Shown one piece after another: positions 42,648 through 55,700 of a DNA stretch of 64,000 bases. A program made the translations under genes and the position numbers. Numbering within the stretch: position 1 is the stretch's first letter; each line of letters starts with the position of its first letter. Under the pieces are notes generated by a model. That model had not been told where the DNA came from, made no database searches, and saw nothing but the letters and a program-made list of their open reading frames with translations. The DNA comes from the human T2T-CHM13v2.0 reference genome, Homo sapiens: assembly GCF_009914755.1 (NCBI RefSeq), contig NC_060927.1. One strand, given 5' to 3'.

Positions 42648-42968
42648 GATAAAAAGAAACCTACTTTGTATGGAAAAGGAGAAAGAAAAGAGTAAGATTG
42701 AACTATGCTTTGCTGCATGGTGGGTTTGATGAAAGTGGAGTCACGCTGATTGGTGCTCAAGATAAATGTCTTAGGGGAAGACTCATACCCAGTGGAATTT
42801 TTTTTAGTGAAATATCGTGGCTCATGGACTGTGAGATTTGTCATTTGTTTTCAATAAAATGATAAAAATCATAATTTATTTTGTGAAAAAGAATTTCTAA
42901 TGGAAGCAGGGAAAAGCATAAAGCAAAACATATGCTGTTTGGATTATATATACATTTTTTGGAAACCT
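42648..42968 (+). pseudogene. Pseudo-exon (includes RVRLNYALLHGGFDESGVTLIGAQDKCLRGRLIPSGIFFSEISWLMD and NDKNHNLFCEKEFLMEAGKSIKQNICCLDYIYIFWKP)
   Basis: ctacatttcAG / CCT|GTGAGT; 321 nt; two long open stretches in different frames. Confidence 0.55.
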
Positions 42969-43229
42969 GTGAGTTAGTAAAAGAGTTTTACAATTCCAGT
43001 TTGAATAGAATTGGTGGGAACAGCTAGAGTTAGTGACGTTTTCAGTGGAACACTATGTTCTTTAGTGAGTACTGAAATGTGTTAAAAAGGTTAATTCTAT
43101 TTTTTGAACTGGGAACAATTTCCTGCAAAAATACGAATACACAATAAATATGTTACATAAAACCATGATTGTCAGGAGTAATATTTTAAAAATATGGTCA
43201 ACTCATATTATTTTTAATTTTCTCATTAG

Positions 43230-43453
43230 ATTTTTACTCTTACTTTACATATTCCTTTGCCTGACAAGCTCACTTGTATACTTGGTTGTAGAAACACAGA
43301 GTGCTAATTTCTACCACAGAACTTCTTATACTATTCCATAACTGTCTACTTATTCTGTTTCTCAACTAAGACTGACTTCTTGGAGAAATCTGTTGTTGGA
43401 GGATATATTTTTATTATTTTGTATTATCAATGCAGTAAAGTATCTTTTACAAA
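43230..43453 (+). pseudogene. Pseudo-exon (IFTLTLHIPLPDKLTCILGCRNTEC*FLPQNFLYYSITVYLFCFSTKTDFLEKSVVGG...)
   Basis: tttctcattAG / AA|GTAAAT; 1 stop in 74 codons; phase 0 to 2; 3' boundary uncertain. Confidence 0.5.
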
Positions 43454-43627
43454 GTAAATATTTTTTAAATGTTAGTAAAATGACTTTTTAGAGTTGAAAT
43501 CTTGATTCTGCTTGTGGAATATCAGTGTTCCAGAACTAAGACAACTGAAGCTGTTAAACCTTTAATCAAGAGACTCAGGGAGGCCATTCCTATGATTACG
43601 GTGGCATATTGATTTATTCATTGATAG

Positions 43628-43762
43628 GCTCTTTCAGCAGGAACTCCCTGGAAGATCTGTTAGGCTGAAATACATTGTCTTGATTTACAATGCTTGTTTT
43701 GGTTCTAGAACCATGCAAACTACAAAGCAAACAGCTCTAGAGAAAAACTTAGAATTCACAAG
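43628..43762 (+). pseudogene. Pseudo-exon (LFQQELPGRSVRLKYIVLIYNACFGSRTMQTTKQTALEKNLEFT)
   Basis: cattgatAG / AAG|GTATAC; open, phase 2-2. Confidence 0.65.
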
Positions 43763-44077
43763 GTATACGGAAAGAGTCCTATAAATTTAACAAAAGATAC
43801 TCAATAAACACTATCCAAAATATCCATTCACCTAAACTCTAAAACTTGCATTTTTTATTATCTTTCTTTATTTGATGTTAATGAAAGAAAAATAAACACC
43901 TGAAAAGGTTTCACCCTGACACAGGGACTGGAGTCTATGTCTATAAGAACACGCAGTGAATTTCTTTTATTTGGTTCCAGCGTGAAGACTTGCATTTTAC
44001 ATTTTATATAAGTAATTATTAAATTATATTTTAAGTTTTAATATATTTTGGACGATCACAACTTCTTTTCTTCCTAG

Positions 44078-44201
44078 AATGCCAAGATATGAGCTTGTAG
44101 ATGTGGGTTACATTATACTGGGTGGAAAGCGTTGTTATATGAAACCACTCAGACATGAAAACAGACTGCCTTCTATTAATAACAGATGCTCAAACATTTG
44201 A
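44078..44201 (+). pseudogene. Probable terminal coding pseudo-exon (RMPRYELVDVGYIILGGKRCYMKPLRHENRLPSINNRCSNI*)
   Basis: ttcttttcttcctAG acceptor; open in phase 2 to TGA 44199-44201. Confidence 0.6.
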
Positions 44202-44262
44202 TTCACCTTTCACTTCCATATAGTTGCACCTTCTATTTTCCCCTTCAGGATTGGACCTCACT

Positions 44263-44633
44263 ATTATGGACTAAATGTTTGTGTTCCCCCTAAAATTCAC
44301 ATGTTGAGACTATAACCTCCAATGTGATGGTATTAAGAGATGGGGTATATGGGAGGTAATTAGCTTGACAGGAGGCCACAAAAGTACCATCCTCATGATG
44401 GGATTTGTGCCCTAGAAAAAGAAACCAGATAATTTGCTCCTTACCCTAGTCAAGTGAGGATACAGCCAGAAGGCAGCCCTCTGCAAACCAGGTGAAGAGC
44501 TCTCACCACAAACCCACCAGGCTGGCACCCTGATCTTGCACTTCCCAGTTTTCAGAATTGTGGAAAACAAATGTCTGATTTTAAATCACCCATTCTATGG
44601 TATTTTGTTACGGCATCTCAGACTGACTAAAAA
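44263..44633 (+). mobile_element. MLT1A-type MaLR LTR
   Basis: Homologous to 18990-19352. Confidence 0.8.
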
Positions 44634-44860
44634 ACTTTCCCATCTTTTACTATCAAGCCAGTCTTGAATGTTTAGTTCAAACATCACCACTCCCCACCCC
44701 TGCATTGTGTGTATGAGGGTGTATTAAAAAAATAGGCAGACTATTTTTAAACACAAGTTATGCAACATGTTTTCACTATAAAAGTTGTGAGAAATATGAA
44801 AGTAAAATATGAAAACAACTTCCTTGCCCTAACAAATTTCTCATGTCAAGAGTAAGCACT

Positions 44861-45540
44861 GGTCACCAGTAATCCTGGCACTTTGGGAGGCCAAGGTAGG
44901 AGGATCACTTGAGCCCTGGAGTCTGAAACCAGCCTGGGCAACATAGTGAGACTCTGTTTCTACAAAAATTTTTCTTAAAAAATTAGCTGGACACAGTGAC
45001 ACACAGCTGTAATCTCAGCTACTTAGGAGGCTGAGGTGGGGGGATCACTTGAGCCTGGGAGGCTGAGGCTACTGTAAGTTGAGATCAGACCACTGCACTC
45101 CAGCCTGGGCAACAGAACAAGATTCTGTCTCAGAAAAAAAAAAAAAAAGAGAGAATAAAAGTAAAAGAAAGAAAAAGAAAAAAGAAAGAAAAGCAAACAA
45201 AGAAAGAAAGAATAAACATTGGCCAGGTGTGGTGGTTCACACCAGTAATCCCAGCATTTTGGGAGACCAAAGTGGGAGGATTGCTTGAGTCCAGGGGTTT
45301 GAGACCAGCCTGGTAACACAGAGAGACCCTGTCTCTAACAAAAACTAAAAAAAAAAAGAAAAAAAAAGGAAAAAATTAGCCAGGCATGGTAGCTTACCAC
45401 TGGGCTCCCAGCTACTCAGGAGGCTGAGGTGGGAGGATCACTTGAGCCCAGGAGTTCAAGCCTGCAGTGAGCTTTGATCATGCCATGCACTGTAGCCTAG
45501 GTGATAGAACAAGACTTTGTCTCAAAAAACAACAAAAAAG
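44861..45540 (+). mobile_element. Two tandem AluJ copies (44861-45150, 45220-45540)
   Basis: ggaggatcacttgagcc J diagnostics; outer flanks gagtaagcact/gagtaagtgct. Confidence 0.9.
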
Positions 45541-45986
45541 GAGTAAGTGCTACTATTTTAACATTATGAAGTATTTCTTTCTAGTCCTTTTTCTATGAAA
45601 ATGCCATTTCCAGTCCTTCCACTAATTGTTATTTCCTCCTGCTGTATCAACATAGCACTTTGTTACATTCTGTCTCATATTCATATATGGCTTTACAGTA
45701 AACTAGTAAAGCTTAAACTTCAGGGCTTTTCAGGATGAACCATCAGAAAAAAAAAACATAAAAATCAAACAAGACAAAACTTCACGGCTCCTTGCTTGCA
45801 CAGGCTCCTCCCAAAATTCTGCAAGATGTCTTGCCAAAGTATTCATATAATCGTTGTTTTATATACTTGCAATTTGGGTTTTCTTTTTTTAAGCGCTTTG
45901 CAAATTGCCTAAGTTTCAAGACCTCACAAAACCTGAAAATACCCCTCCTGCAACAAAATGTATAAATCATCAACTTGCACATAGTG

Positions 45987-46439
45987 GGTGTGTGTCTGTT
46001 TTGCTTTGCTATAAAGGAGTCCCTGAGACTGGGTAATTTATAAAGAAAAGAGGATTATTTAGTTCATGGTGCTTCAGGCTGTACAGAAAGCATGGCACTG
46101 GCATCTGCTTGGCTTCTGGATAAGGCTTTTGTGCTGTGTCCAAACATGGCAGAGAAGATTAAGGGAAAAACATGTGTGAGGAGAGAGCAAATCTGAAGGG
46201 CATCCTGGCTTTATAACAACCCACTCACTCAGTAACTAATTTATTGCCAGGGGAACTAATCCAGTGTCAAGACAGTGAGAGCTCACTACCTCAAGAAAGG
46301 AACCAAGCCATTCATGAGGGCTCTGCCCCTAAGACCCAAACACCTCCCACTAGGCCCCACCTCCAATACCACCACATTGGGGATCAAATTTTAACACAAG
46401 ATTTGATGGAGACAACCAAATCATATCAAAACCATCACA
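45987..46439 (-). mobile_element. MST (MSTB/C) MaLR LTR
   Basis: ctgagactgggtaatttataaagaaaagagg...aaaccatcaca. Confidence 0.82.
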
Positions 46440-46702
46440 GTGTGTGACAAATTTAGGACTAAGTGAGCTTCAGTAGTGCCCAGGATTGTTTACAAGAAAC
46501 AAGCAGAGTTTTAATCACAGGCAGGAAATGTAAGTATATCACATAAATGTTTTATTTTCCCTTTTGTGTAATGTGGTCTTATTGATGCATAATCTTAATA
46601 TGTTATTCTAGTTTTCACCTGCACATTAATCAACACATTCTACCTAATATATTTTACATTTGCTACATTGATTAAGGAACAAAGAATTTCTGACCTGTAG
46701 TA

Positions 46703-47028
46703 CAGTTGGCCTTCAGTATCCACAGGCTCCCCGTCTTTGGATTCGACCAACTGAGGATCAAAAATATTTTTTAAAAACCCAATAAAAAATAATACAAATA
46801 ATACAAATAAAAAATTTGTATACAGTATAAATTTGTATACTGTATAACATTATACCAACTATTTACATAGCATTTATATTATATATTTAAGGTACACTAC
46901 AAGATGTACGTAGGTTGTATGCAAATATTACACTATTTTATATAGGGGACTTAAATTTTGGCATTCACAAATTTGGGTATCTATGGGGGTCCTGAAACCA
47001 ATCCCTCGCTGACAGTGAGGGAGAACTG
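46703..47028. mobile_element. Tigger3/MER2-group MITE
   Basis: TA-cagtt...aactg-TA terminal inverted repeats. Confidence 0.8.
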
Positions 47029-47264
47029 TATTACCTTCTACATGTTACATTTAAAGAAGGCAGATTAGATTTCCAGCTCCTCAGACTATGTGACTTCTTC
47101 ATCTAAATAAGTGCCATTCAATAGACCTTTATGCAATGATGGGAATTTCCTAGATAGTCTATGCTGCCTCAGATCATAGCCACTAGCCACATATAGTGAC
47201 TGAGCTCTTCAAATGTAGCTAGTGTGGCTGTGAAACTAAATTTTAAATTCTATTTAAATGTAAT

Positions 47265-48683
47265 TGTCAGAGGCGTTTGAACCAGAGTGCCTCCATCTTG
47301 AATAGGGGCTGGGTAAAATAAGGCTGAGACCGGCTGGGCTGCAAGCCCATTAAGTTAGGCATTCTTAGTCACAGGATGAGATAGGAGATAGACACAAGAA
47401 TAACGTCATAAAGACCTTGTTGATAAAACAGTATGCAGTAAAGAAGCTGGCTAAATCCCACCAAAACCAAGATGGCGAGGAGAGTGAACTCTGGTCTTCC
47501 TCACAGCTCCTTATATGCTAATTATAAGGTATTAGCATACTAAGAGACACACGCATGAACACCGTGACAGTTTACAAATGCCATGGCAATGTCTGGTAGT
47601 TACCCTATATGGTCTAAAAAGGGGAAGAACCCTCAGCTCCTGGAATTGCCCACCCCTCTACCAGAAAACCCATGAATAATCTACCTCTTCGTTACCGGGG
47701 GGTCCTTGCTTCCAGAGCTCCTAAGATGGTGATGGGCGCTTCCAAAATGGCAGCGGGCCGCTTCAAAGATGGTGGCAAGCCTCGTGTTCTCTGACATGAG
47801 GTTCTTGGCCTCACGGATGCCAAGGAATGGAATCTTGGGCCATGTGGTGAGTGTTACAGCTCTATTAGAAGCCGTGGGTCACAGAAGAGAACTGTGGAAC
47901 CCAGTGACTACTGTTCGGCTCGATTAGGACAAACCCAGGCACTCAGCCATGCAGGAACAATGGCAAGCCTTTAGCCCCATCGGGAGTGGCAATGGGCGCC
48001 TCGCTGGATCAGGAGCACAGCGGACACCCTGCTGGATCCGGAGGGATGGAAGTCAGTGGCGGGTCTGTGACAGCGGCAAACAACAGTGGTGGATGGCGAG
48101 CGAAAGCTCAGCTCCAGCCATAACAAACACAGACCAGAAGAGTGCAGTTGCAAGATTTAATAGAATGAAGTAGAGTGAAAACAGAGCTCCCATACAAAGG
48201 GAGGGGACCCAAAGGGGTTGCTGTTGCTGGCTCAAATGCCTGGGTTTATATCCCCATCCTTGCCCCTCCTGCTGTGCTCTCAGGCAATAGATGATTGGCT
48301 ATTTCTTTACCTCCTGTTTTTGCCTAATTAGCATTTTAGTGAGCTCTCTGATTGGTCAGGTGTGAGCTAAGTTGCAAGCCTCGTGTTTAAAGGTGGATGT
48401 GGTCACCTTCCCAGCTAGGCTTAGGGATTCTTAGTCGGCCCAGGAAATCCAGCTAGTCCTGTCTCTCACCTTGTTTAGCATATGCTCAAGAAATAACCAT
48501 AAAAGTGGGCAACCAGCAGCCCTCAGGGCTGCTCTGCCTATGTAGTGGCTATTCTTTATCTCTTTACTTTCTTAATGAACTTGCTTTCACTTTACTCTAT
48601 GGACTCACTCAGAATTATTTCTTGCATGAGATCCAAGAACTGCCTTCCTTGGGGTCTGGATTGGAACCACCTTTCTGGTAACG
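47265..48683 (+). mobile_element. MER41 (A/B) solo LTR split by LTR17
   Basis: tgtcagaggcgtttgaaccagag start; 4-bp TSD taat. Confidence 0.9.
47690..48468 (-). mobile_element. HERV-W solo LTR (LTR17)
   Basis: Minus strand begins TGAGAGACAGGACTAGCTGGATTTCCT; 779 bp; TSD tctt/cctt. Confidence 0.93.
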
Positions 48684-49610
48684 TAATTACTTTAAATTTA
48701 AATTATCTAGATACAAGCCACATGGGGCTAGTGGCTACCATATTGAACAGTACAGCTCTAGAAGACTGTGAACAAGGTGATCCACTGGGGAGGGCTTAAT
48801 TAAGGAAATCAGTACATTAGTGATAATAAATGATGAAGGATAAAGTTTGAATAATATTGTACCCTACTCTTCTAGCAAAACATTGTGTACCATGTTTAGT
48901 CTGAGAACAGACTTGAGAATGGAAATCAACATACAGCAATGTAATGAATTGAAAAGGCAATTTCAAAGAAAAGATAAATGTTTAGCTTTAAAAACATCTA
49001 TGTTAAAATGAAGAAAGAAGAAAAAAATTATTTAAAAGGTAGGGGAGCCAAGAATCCACAGTAAAACATCCCTTTTCGGTCATTTAGCTGGAAAGCAGAA
49101 ACAGAACAAAAAAAGAAGAATTAAGAAAGCCTATGGGTATGCCAGGAGTCTCATTGTTTCACTGTGTGCAAGTATTTATGTGGGAAGGAATAGTGACTAC
49201 AAAAACACTGACTTGAAAAGGTATGAGCCAGCAGGGACCCTGGGCCAAAACATTAGTACGACTGTAATCCCAGAAATCTCTGGAATTTGCAAATTCATTA
49301 TTTACTTTGCTAACATGACAAGAGAGGCATTCCAAATGATTTGCTTACTGTGGTCAGCATTATGAAGTTATTGTTCTATGTTTTGTGTTATTTTTTTAAG
49401 AAATACTAACAAAAACATCCAAGACCTCTCTATATTGTAATTGTGCATGGCAAGTTATGAATGTAAATTCCTTAGCAGGAAGATAACAATATACCCCCTA
49501 AGATGCAAATTAAATTATACATTCCTGAAATCCTTGTTTTGCTTTATTTTAGAAAGTGTCTGCATCTGTCATTGCTATTTAGCACATATTTAATCATGAT
49601 ATTTCAGTGG

Positions 49611-50324
49611 TGATTGTGAAATCACCGTTGCAAAATTATAACTGAGACGGTGAGAGAGATCTGACCTAACCAACTCCCTCTTGCTTCTGACCTCCAAGCT
49701 GTTCTTGTTTATTCCTGGGTGTAGGTGAAACTAATTTTGGGAGAAACTTACTTTATAGTTTGAAACAAAGATATAACAACCCTTTCCCAAAACGAACCCC
49801 TTCTTGCCTGGGGATTAGACTGCCTTTGTAGGACTAACAGATTAGCCACCAGATGAGAAATTATGGTTTAAGAGTCATGCAGCTGAAGGCTGCAAGATTC
49901 TAAATGTCCCAAATTGCTCCCAGGGATAACATCACTATTGTAAAACCTAATATCAGTGCTTGAGATATTTTGCAGACCCTGCACCTGATGGATCAGCTGG
50001 CACCACCCAGACTGATAAACTGACTCATCTGGTCTTGTGGCCCCACCTAGGAACTGACTTAGCGCTAGAGGACACTTTCAACTACCTATAAGTTCATTTT
50101 CAACCTTACCAATTAAACTCCCACATCACTGGTGCCCTAACTACCAAATTATCCTTAAAAACTCTGATCCCTGGGTTCTCAGAGATCGATTTGAGTAATA
50201 ATAATACTCTGGTCTCCCACACAGACAGCTCTGCATAAATAACTCTTTCCCTATTGGAATTCCCATCTTGATAAATCTGGCTCTGTCTAGGCAGCAAGCA
50301 AGGTGAAGCTGTTGGGCAGTTACA
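49611..50324 (+). mobile_element. LTR8 solo LTR
   Basis: LTR8 body, ends gggcagttaCA, TSD gtgg. Confidence 0.9.
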
Positions 50325-51302
50325 GTGGTGGGCTTTTTGTTTAGAAGTTGACTTTCTTTCACATGCAATTCTTACAACTTATTTTTTATTGTGTAGAGAT
50401 TATTTGGTGACTTTAGATATTTAAATGCTGGTCTTTTTAAAAAAGATGAACCTGTCAATATGCATTTCTGTCTCCAAAGGAGAAAAATGTAGCTTGTGCC
50501 AAGTCATACTTTATTACATATTGGTGATGTCTTATTGTTGTTTGAATCATTAATTATAAGAAATTCTCATTTATAAAGGTGTGCTTGGCATATCCTAAAA
50601 ACACATAAAATTGGTCTGCATTAGTGTGAAAATAATTCCACATGTACCTTGCTTCCTAAAGTATAAATAACATGGGGATAGCCATGATGTAGGATCAGAA
50701 TTCCTTCTTAACTTAGCTTATGGAATAAAATAAGTGACACGTGATCAATATTAGGTGCCATGGAGAAGGAACACCAGGGTTTTCCAAGCTGAGAGCAAGT
50801 TATCTGATGGTAGATTCCATTTAAACTTTACTTGTGTTCTAAAACCAATCTTTCCTTTAAAAATTTTTTAAACCAAAGTAACACATGAATATTAAAGATA
50901 ACTATCATACTGTATTAGAATATAAATTGCTGATATTTTGGTAAATTTATATAAGGAACATGGCTGTGCTACAGCCAAGCAGGCATTGGGCAGCAGGCAT
51001 AGGCCAGGGTAAACAGCCTTGTTTATTCAGTGGGATTGGGGCACAGCTGCACAGTCCCATGTCTTATATAATCATAGCCGTGTAGACACAACATAGAGAA
51101 GCTCCCCACCCAGCTCCCAGCCACTATTGTTTGTGTAGTGTATTAATGTAACACTGACCCTGTGAGGGGTTGCTAAATAAAGCCATGTCTCATTTACCTA
51201 CTGTCTCTTGAGTGTTCTTCCAGCTCCTTGCCTCATGTCTCATGTCCACCCACTCCCCTCAGCCCTCAACTTGGGCTGGAACCTAACCCTGAACCTGACA
51301 GT

Positions 51303-51320
51303 TGGCGTAGTTGGCATGAT
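51303..51320 (+). promoter_or_regulatory. Primer binding site, tRNA-Ser
   Basis: TGGCGTAGTTGGCATGAT vs TGGCGTAGTCGGCAGGAT (2 mismatches). Confidence 0.9.
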
Positions 51321-51374
51321 GAGGTGAGTGGGTTGTCAGCCTTTGGGGTTCTCAGGTTGGCTACGTGGCCGCAG

Positions 51375-52785
51375 ATGGGCTGTGGTACCTAGTGTCAGAG
51401 GTGCTGCTTGAATGGGCCCCAGTGGAAATGTGGGAGGCAGTGGATGGGTCTCCTGTGAGTGTGAGAAGGCACTGAAGCAGCTGGAAGCTCACAGCACCAA
51501 GAAAGACCTCACCTTCGCCAGCAGAATCGGATGGGCGTTTCTGACTGTGCTACGTGAAGTACATGCTCAGTCCCTGCTGGACGCGGTGCAGGTTTGGGAG
51601 CTTCAGGTGCAAGTTGGGTGCCTGGGGGCCCAAATGCACAGCTTGGAGCAAAACCTGGAGGGTGAAGGACCTCCAGTCACAAGCAGGGCACTTACAGGCT
51701 CAGATAAACATCCTGGAGCAGGAGTTGGCAACAGCTGTTGGTGCAACCCTGAGCCCGTCCTCCAGGCTGGACACTCCTGCGTGGCCTGATCCTGAGGAGG
51801 AGGAGGCTCTTTTGCTATGGGCTCGTCCTGTGATCCATCAGAAGATAGAACATGAGCAGCCGATGGGACCCCATGGGACAGCCCAGGGACCACCCACAGT
51901 GGTGGACCACACCTCTTATTGTGCTTATACCCTCACTGAGTTGCAGGATATGGGTAAACAGTGCTGGCAGCACCCAGGGGAGGCCCTCCTAGCCTGGATA
52001 CTCTATCTTCGGGATGAGGGGACTGACAGCATTTCTTACTCTGCCTCCGTGATGGAGAAGCTGGCTTCTATCACATCTCACCCCTCCCTTCATCAGCAGC
52101 TGCAGCTGTGCCAATGGTTGGCACAAGGGCAAGGTGACCACATGTTAACCAAGTGGCTGATGACAGCCATATTAACTGTTTGGAATGATGTTGGAGAGAT
52201 ACCAGAAATTGTGAGTAAATGGCAATCATCTACTGACTTGGTGCAGGTACTCTGGGAGATGGGTATGCAGCAGGCTATGTTTGATCTGAATACTCAGGGG
52301 CCAGATAATGAATGTTTTACCTCTCACATGAGGGATCTTGCACTGGGCCCAGTGCCCCCAAGTGCTTTTGGCTCTGTGGCTGCTGTTCTCACCCTATATG
52401 TGGGGTGCCATATATATGAAGTGACTACTGCTATGGCAGCCCTCAAGGAGACAGAAGGCCATCAGCAGGACTGGGGAATCCGTGCCATAAAGAAAAGAAG
52501 GTGCCCCTTCTGCTGGTAACCACCCCACGAGATAAAAAGGAGCCCCAGTGGGTGACCCGCATGCAGATGTGGATTGATTTAATTGCAGCTGGGATTGCTC
52601 AGGAGAAAACTGACAGGCAACCCAGTGGAATGCTGCTGGCTCTGTGGAGGCAACTGTCCCTGGAGCAGCAATTCCAGAGAATGTTCAAGAGGGGGCAAAA
52701 TACTGCGGCTCAACCCAGCCCTGCCCAGATGTTGCAGCTCAAGGACTATTTGCAAATGGGCAAAGAGACCTTCCTGTTTGATTAG
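51375..52785 (+). pseudogene. gag: ERV gag, frameshifted
   Basis: Overlapping ORFs 51412, 51554 and 52501 in proviral position. Confidence 0.8.
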
Positions 52786-52789
52786 GGAA

Positions 52790-55700
52790 CTGGCTGAGGT
52801 GCCTGGCTCAGGTTGGGGGCTGGGGGGTGGATGACTGGAGGCCTTATGTGGAACTGGCAACTGGTCCCCCACCAATGTACAGCAGGTCCTAGCACTGGTA
52901 GATACTGGTTGACTCTGCAGAGGCAATTGTCCCTGGAGCAGCAGTTCCAGAGAACGCAGCAATTCCATTTGTCCTTGGAACAGAAGTTCCAAGACGGGGC
53001 AAAATAGCAGTTTTGCTTATAGCAACATGGAAAAATTTCTGGGCAAAGCTGCATTCATTGATGGTTTTGGGGGCCAGTTGGTGAAAGTGAAACCTGTGTC
53101 TCTGCATCTTGGTATTGGCCGCTTGGCTCCCCACCTGTATACGGTGTATGTTTCTCCTGAACCTGAATATATTCTGGGGGTGGACATTTCGTATGGTCTG
53201 GACTTGCACACCATGGCTGGAGAATTCAGACTCCGGGTTCATGTAGTAAAGCTGGTACTGCGTGGACATACACATCACCAGCCCCAAGTTCTGTCACAAC
53301 CCTGACCGGTTACTTCCAGTCATCAATACCATTTGCCAGTGGGGCATACAGAGATAACTGAGACTATTCAGAAGTGAGAAGAGGTGCAAATAGTGCATGG
53401 CACCCATAGCCCCTCCAGTTCCCCCATAGGGCCAGTCAGAAAGCCTGACGGAACTTGGCGAATGACAGTGGATTATCGGGAACTGAATAAAGTGACACCC
53501 CTCTGCATGTGGCTGTACCCTCCATCACGGATTTATGGACTGTTTGACAGTGGAATTGGGACAGTACCACTTCGTAGTGGACTTAGCTAATGCATTTTTC
53601 TCCATAAACATTGCTCCAGAGAGTGATGAACAGTTCGCCTTCACATGGGAAGGACGACAATGGACTTTCACAGTGTTGCTGCAGGGCTATATGCATAGCC
53701 CCACCATTTGTCATGGTCTTGTTGCCATGGAATTAGGTGCCTGGGAATGTCCAAAAGGGGTCCACCTGTTTCATTACGTTGATTTTATGTTAACCTCTGA
53801 TTCTCTTACAGGTTTAGAAGTGACAATGCCCGTCTTGCCTGGGATTGGGATAAGAAGGCTGAAAGAGCCTTTCTGGTAGCCAAGCAGGCTATGCAGTGGA
53901 CACAAGCCCTATGGATAGTTGACCAGGGGTGCTCATTTAAACTGGACGTGCATGTGACCACACATAGTTTTAGTTAGGGCCTATAGCATTGCACAGAACA
54001 CTTGAGTATGCCAGCAGGCTTTTGGTCCTACTGGGAGCTGAGCTCCAGTATTCACTGATAGGGAGGCAATTAGCTGCTGTATTTGCTGCTCTTCAGGCCT
54101 GTGAGAGTATGACAGGACAGGCTACAGTCATAGTGCGGACAACTTACCCAATAGCAGGATGGGTGCATTCATGGGTAACAACCCCCCTGACTGGGACAGC
54201 ACAGACATCCACGTTAGTGAAGTGGGGTGCCTACTTAGAACAATGGAGTATGCTGAGTACAAGCCCCTTAGCAGCAGAATTACAAGAAGTTTTAGGGCCT
54301 GTAGTTCTAATGCAAGATAAGGCCATGGGGCCTGAAGCCATCACCATTTAAAGAAGGGTACCTTCCAATTCCTGATAGGGCATGGTATACAGATGGGTCC
54401 AACCAGGGTGTTACTGTTGCCTGGACTGTTGTAGCAGTCCAGCCTAGCACTTACTGGGTGCAGACAAAGCAGCCAATGGGCTAAACTTAGAGCGGTGTGG
54501 ATGGTGATTACTAAGGAGGACTCACCTATGGTAATTTACACCTATAGCTGGGCAGCCTATCGAGGTTTAACTTTGTGGCTGACTACTTGGAAATTACAGG
54601 ATTGGCATGTAGGCCAAACCATGTGGCACGACCTCTGGGAAATAGTTCACCAGAAAGATGTAACAGTCTATCATGTGTCAGGTCATGTGCCTTTGGCCAC
54701 CCCCGGTAATGATGAGGCAGATAGCTTAGCCAAGTTCTGATATCGGCACCTACAAAAGATGTAGCTTTGTGGCTACACAGGAAACTGAGACATGCAGGGA
54801 GTAAGCTGATGCAACAGGCAGGTCAATAGGCCCTGGGGTCTGTCTTTGCCTTCACAGGACATTTTGGAGGCCTGCCGGAAGTGCCCAGCATGTGCTCAGG
54901 CATACCCCAGACAGAGACAACTGCCCAGTGTAACACAGCACAGCAAATGATGGTTACCATTTGCTGTGTTACCAGATGGCAAATAGATTACATTGAGCCG
55001 CTGCCAAAATCGCAGGGCTACACATATGCACTGACGGCTGCAGACACAGCCACTGGCTTGTTGTTCACCTACCTTTGCAGGGTGGTCAACCAGCAACACA
55101 GCGTTCGAGCCCTACAACACTTACTTGCCTTATGTGGCCATCCCTTGGCTGTTGAAAGTGATGGGGGAACACATTTCATTGGACAGCAGGTACAACAGTG
55201 GGCACAGCAGATGGACATATGATGGGGATTTCATGTTCTTTATAACCCACAAGCCGCTGGCATGATCGAGCGATATAACGGATTCTTGAAGAATGGGTCA
55301 CAGTTGCTTTTTACTCCCCCATCTTGGCAGGGATGGAGTTCTGGGTTGGATCTGGTGCTTCAAATTTTGAATGAGTAGCCATGGAAAGGTGGCCCAGCCC
55401 TGGTGGAGGCTTTGTTACACTAGGCCTCCACCCTCATCCAGCTGCAGATACACACCAAGGATGAGCTCCTCCAATCATGTATGGGGACAAACAGTAATCT
55501 ATTGTTGCCTGCCCCAAAGCCTCTGAAGGCACAGGAACAGAAAACCTGGTGTTGGCCATGGACCCTCCAAACCCCTCATTGCCGATGGTTGGCTATTTTA
55601 GCCTCCTGAGGGGAGGGCCTGCTGTATGACTTACATGTTACTCCTTGGGTATTTAATGCGTGGCCTCCATGATTGACCTTTCATAGAGGAATGGCCAAGG

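Larger units (their letters stand above)
47110..48760. mobile_element. MER3-type hAT relic split by MER41
   Basis: tagccactagccacat (left) and atggggctagtggctacc (right) halves. Confidence 0.75.

Noticed and set aside
51554-52519. 321-aa ORF as an intact or domesticated gene
   Set aside because: Internal gag fragment with frameshifts on both sides; its N-terminus is out of frame.
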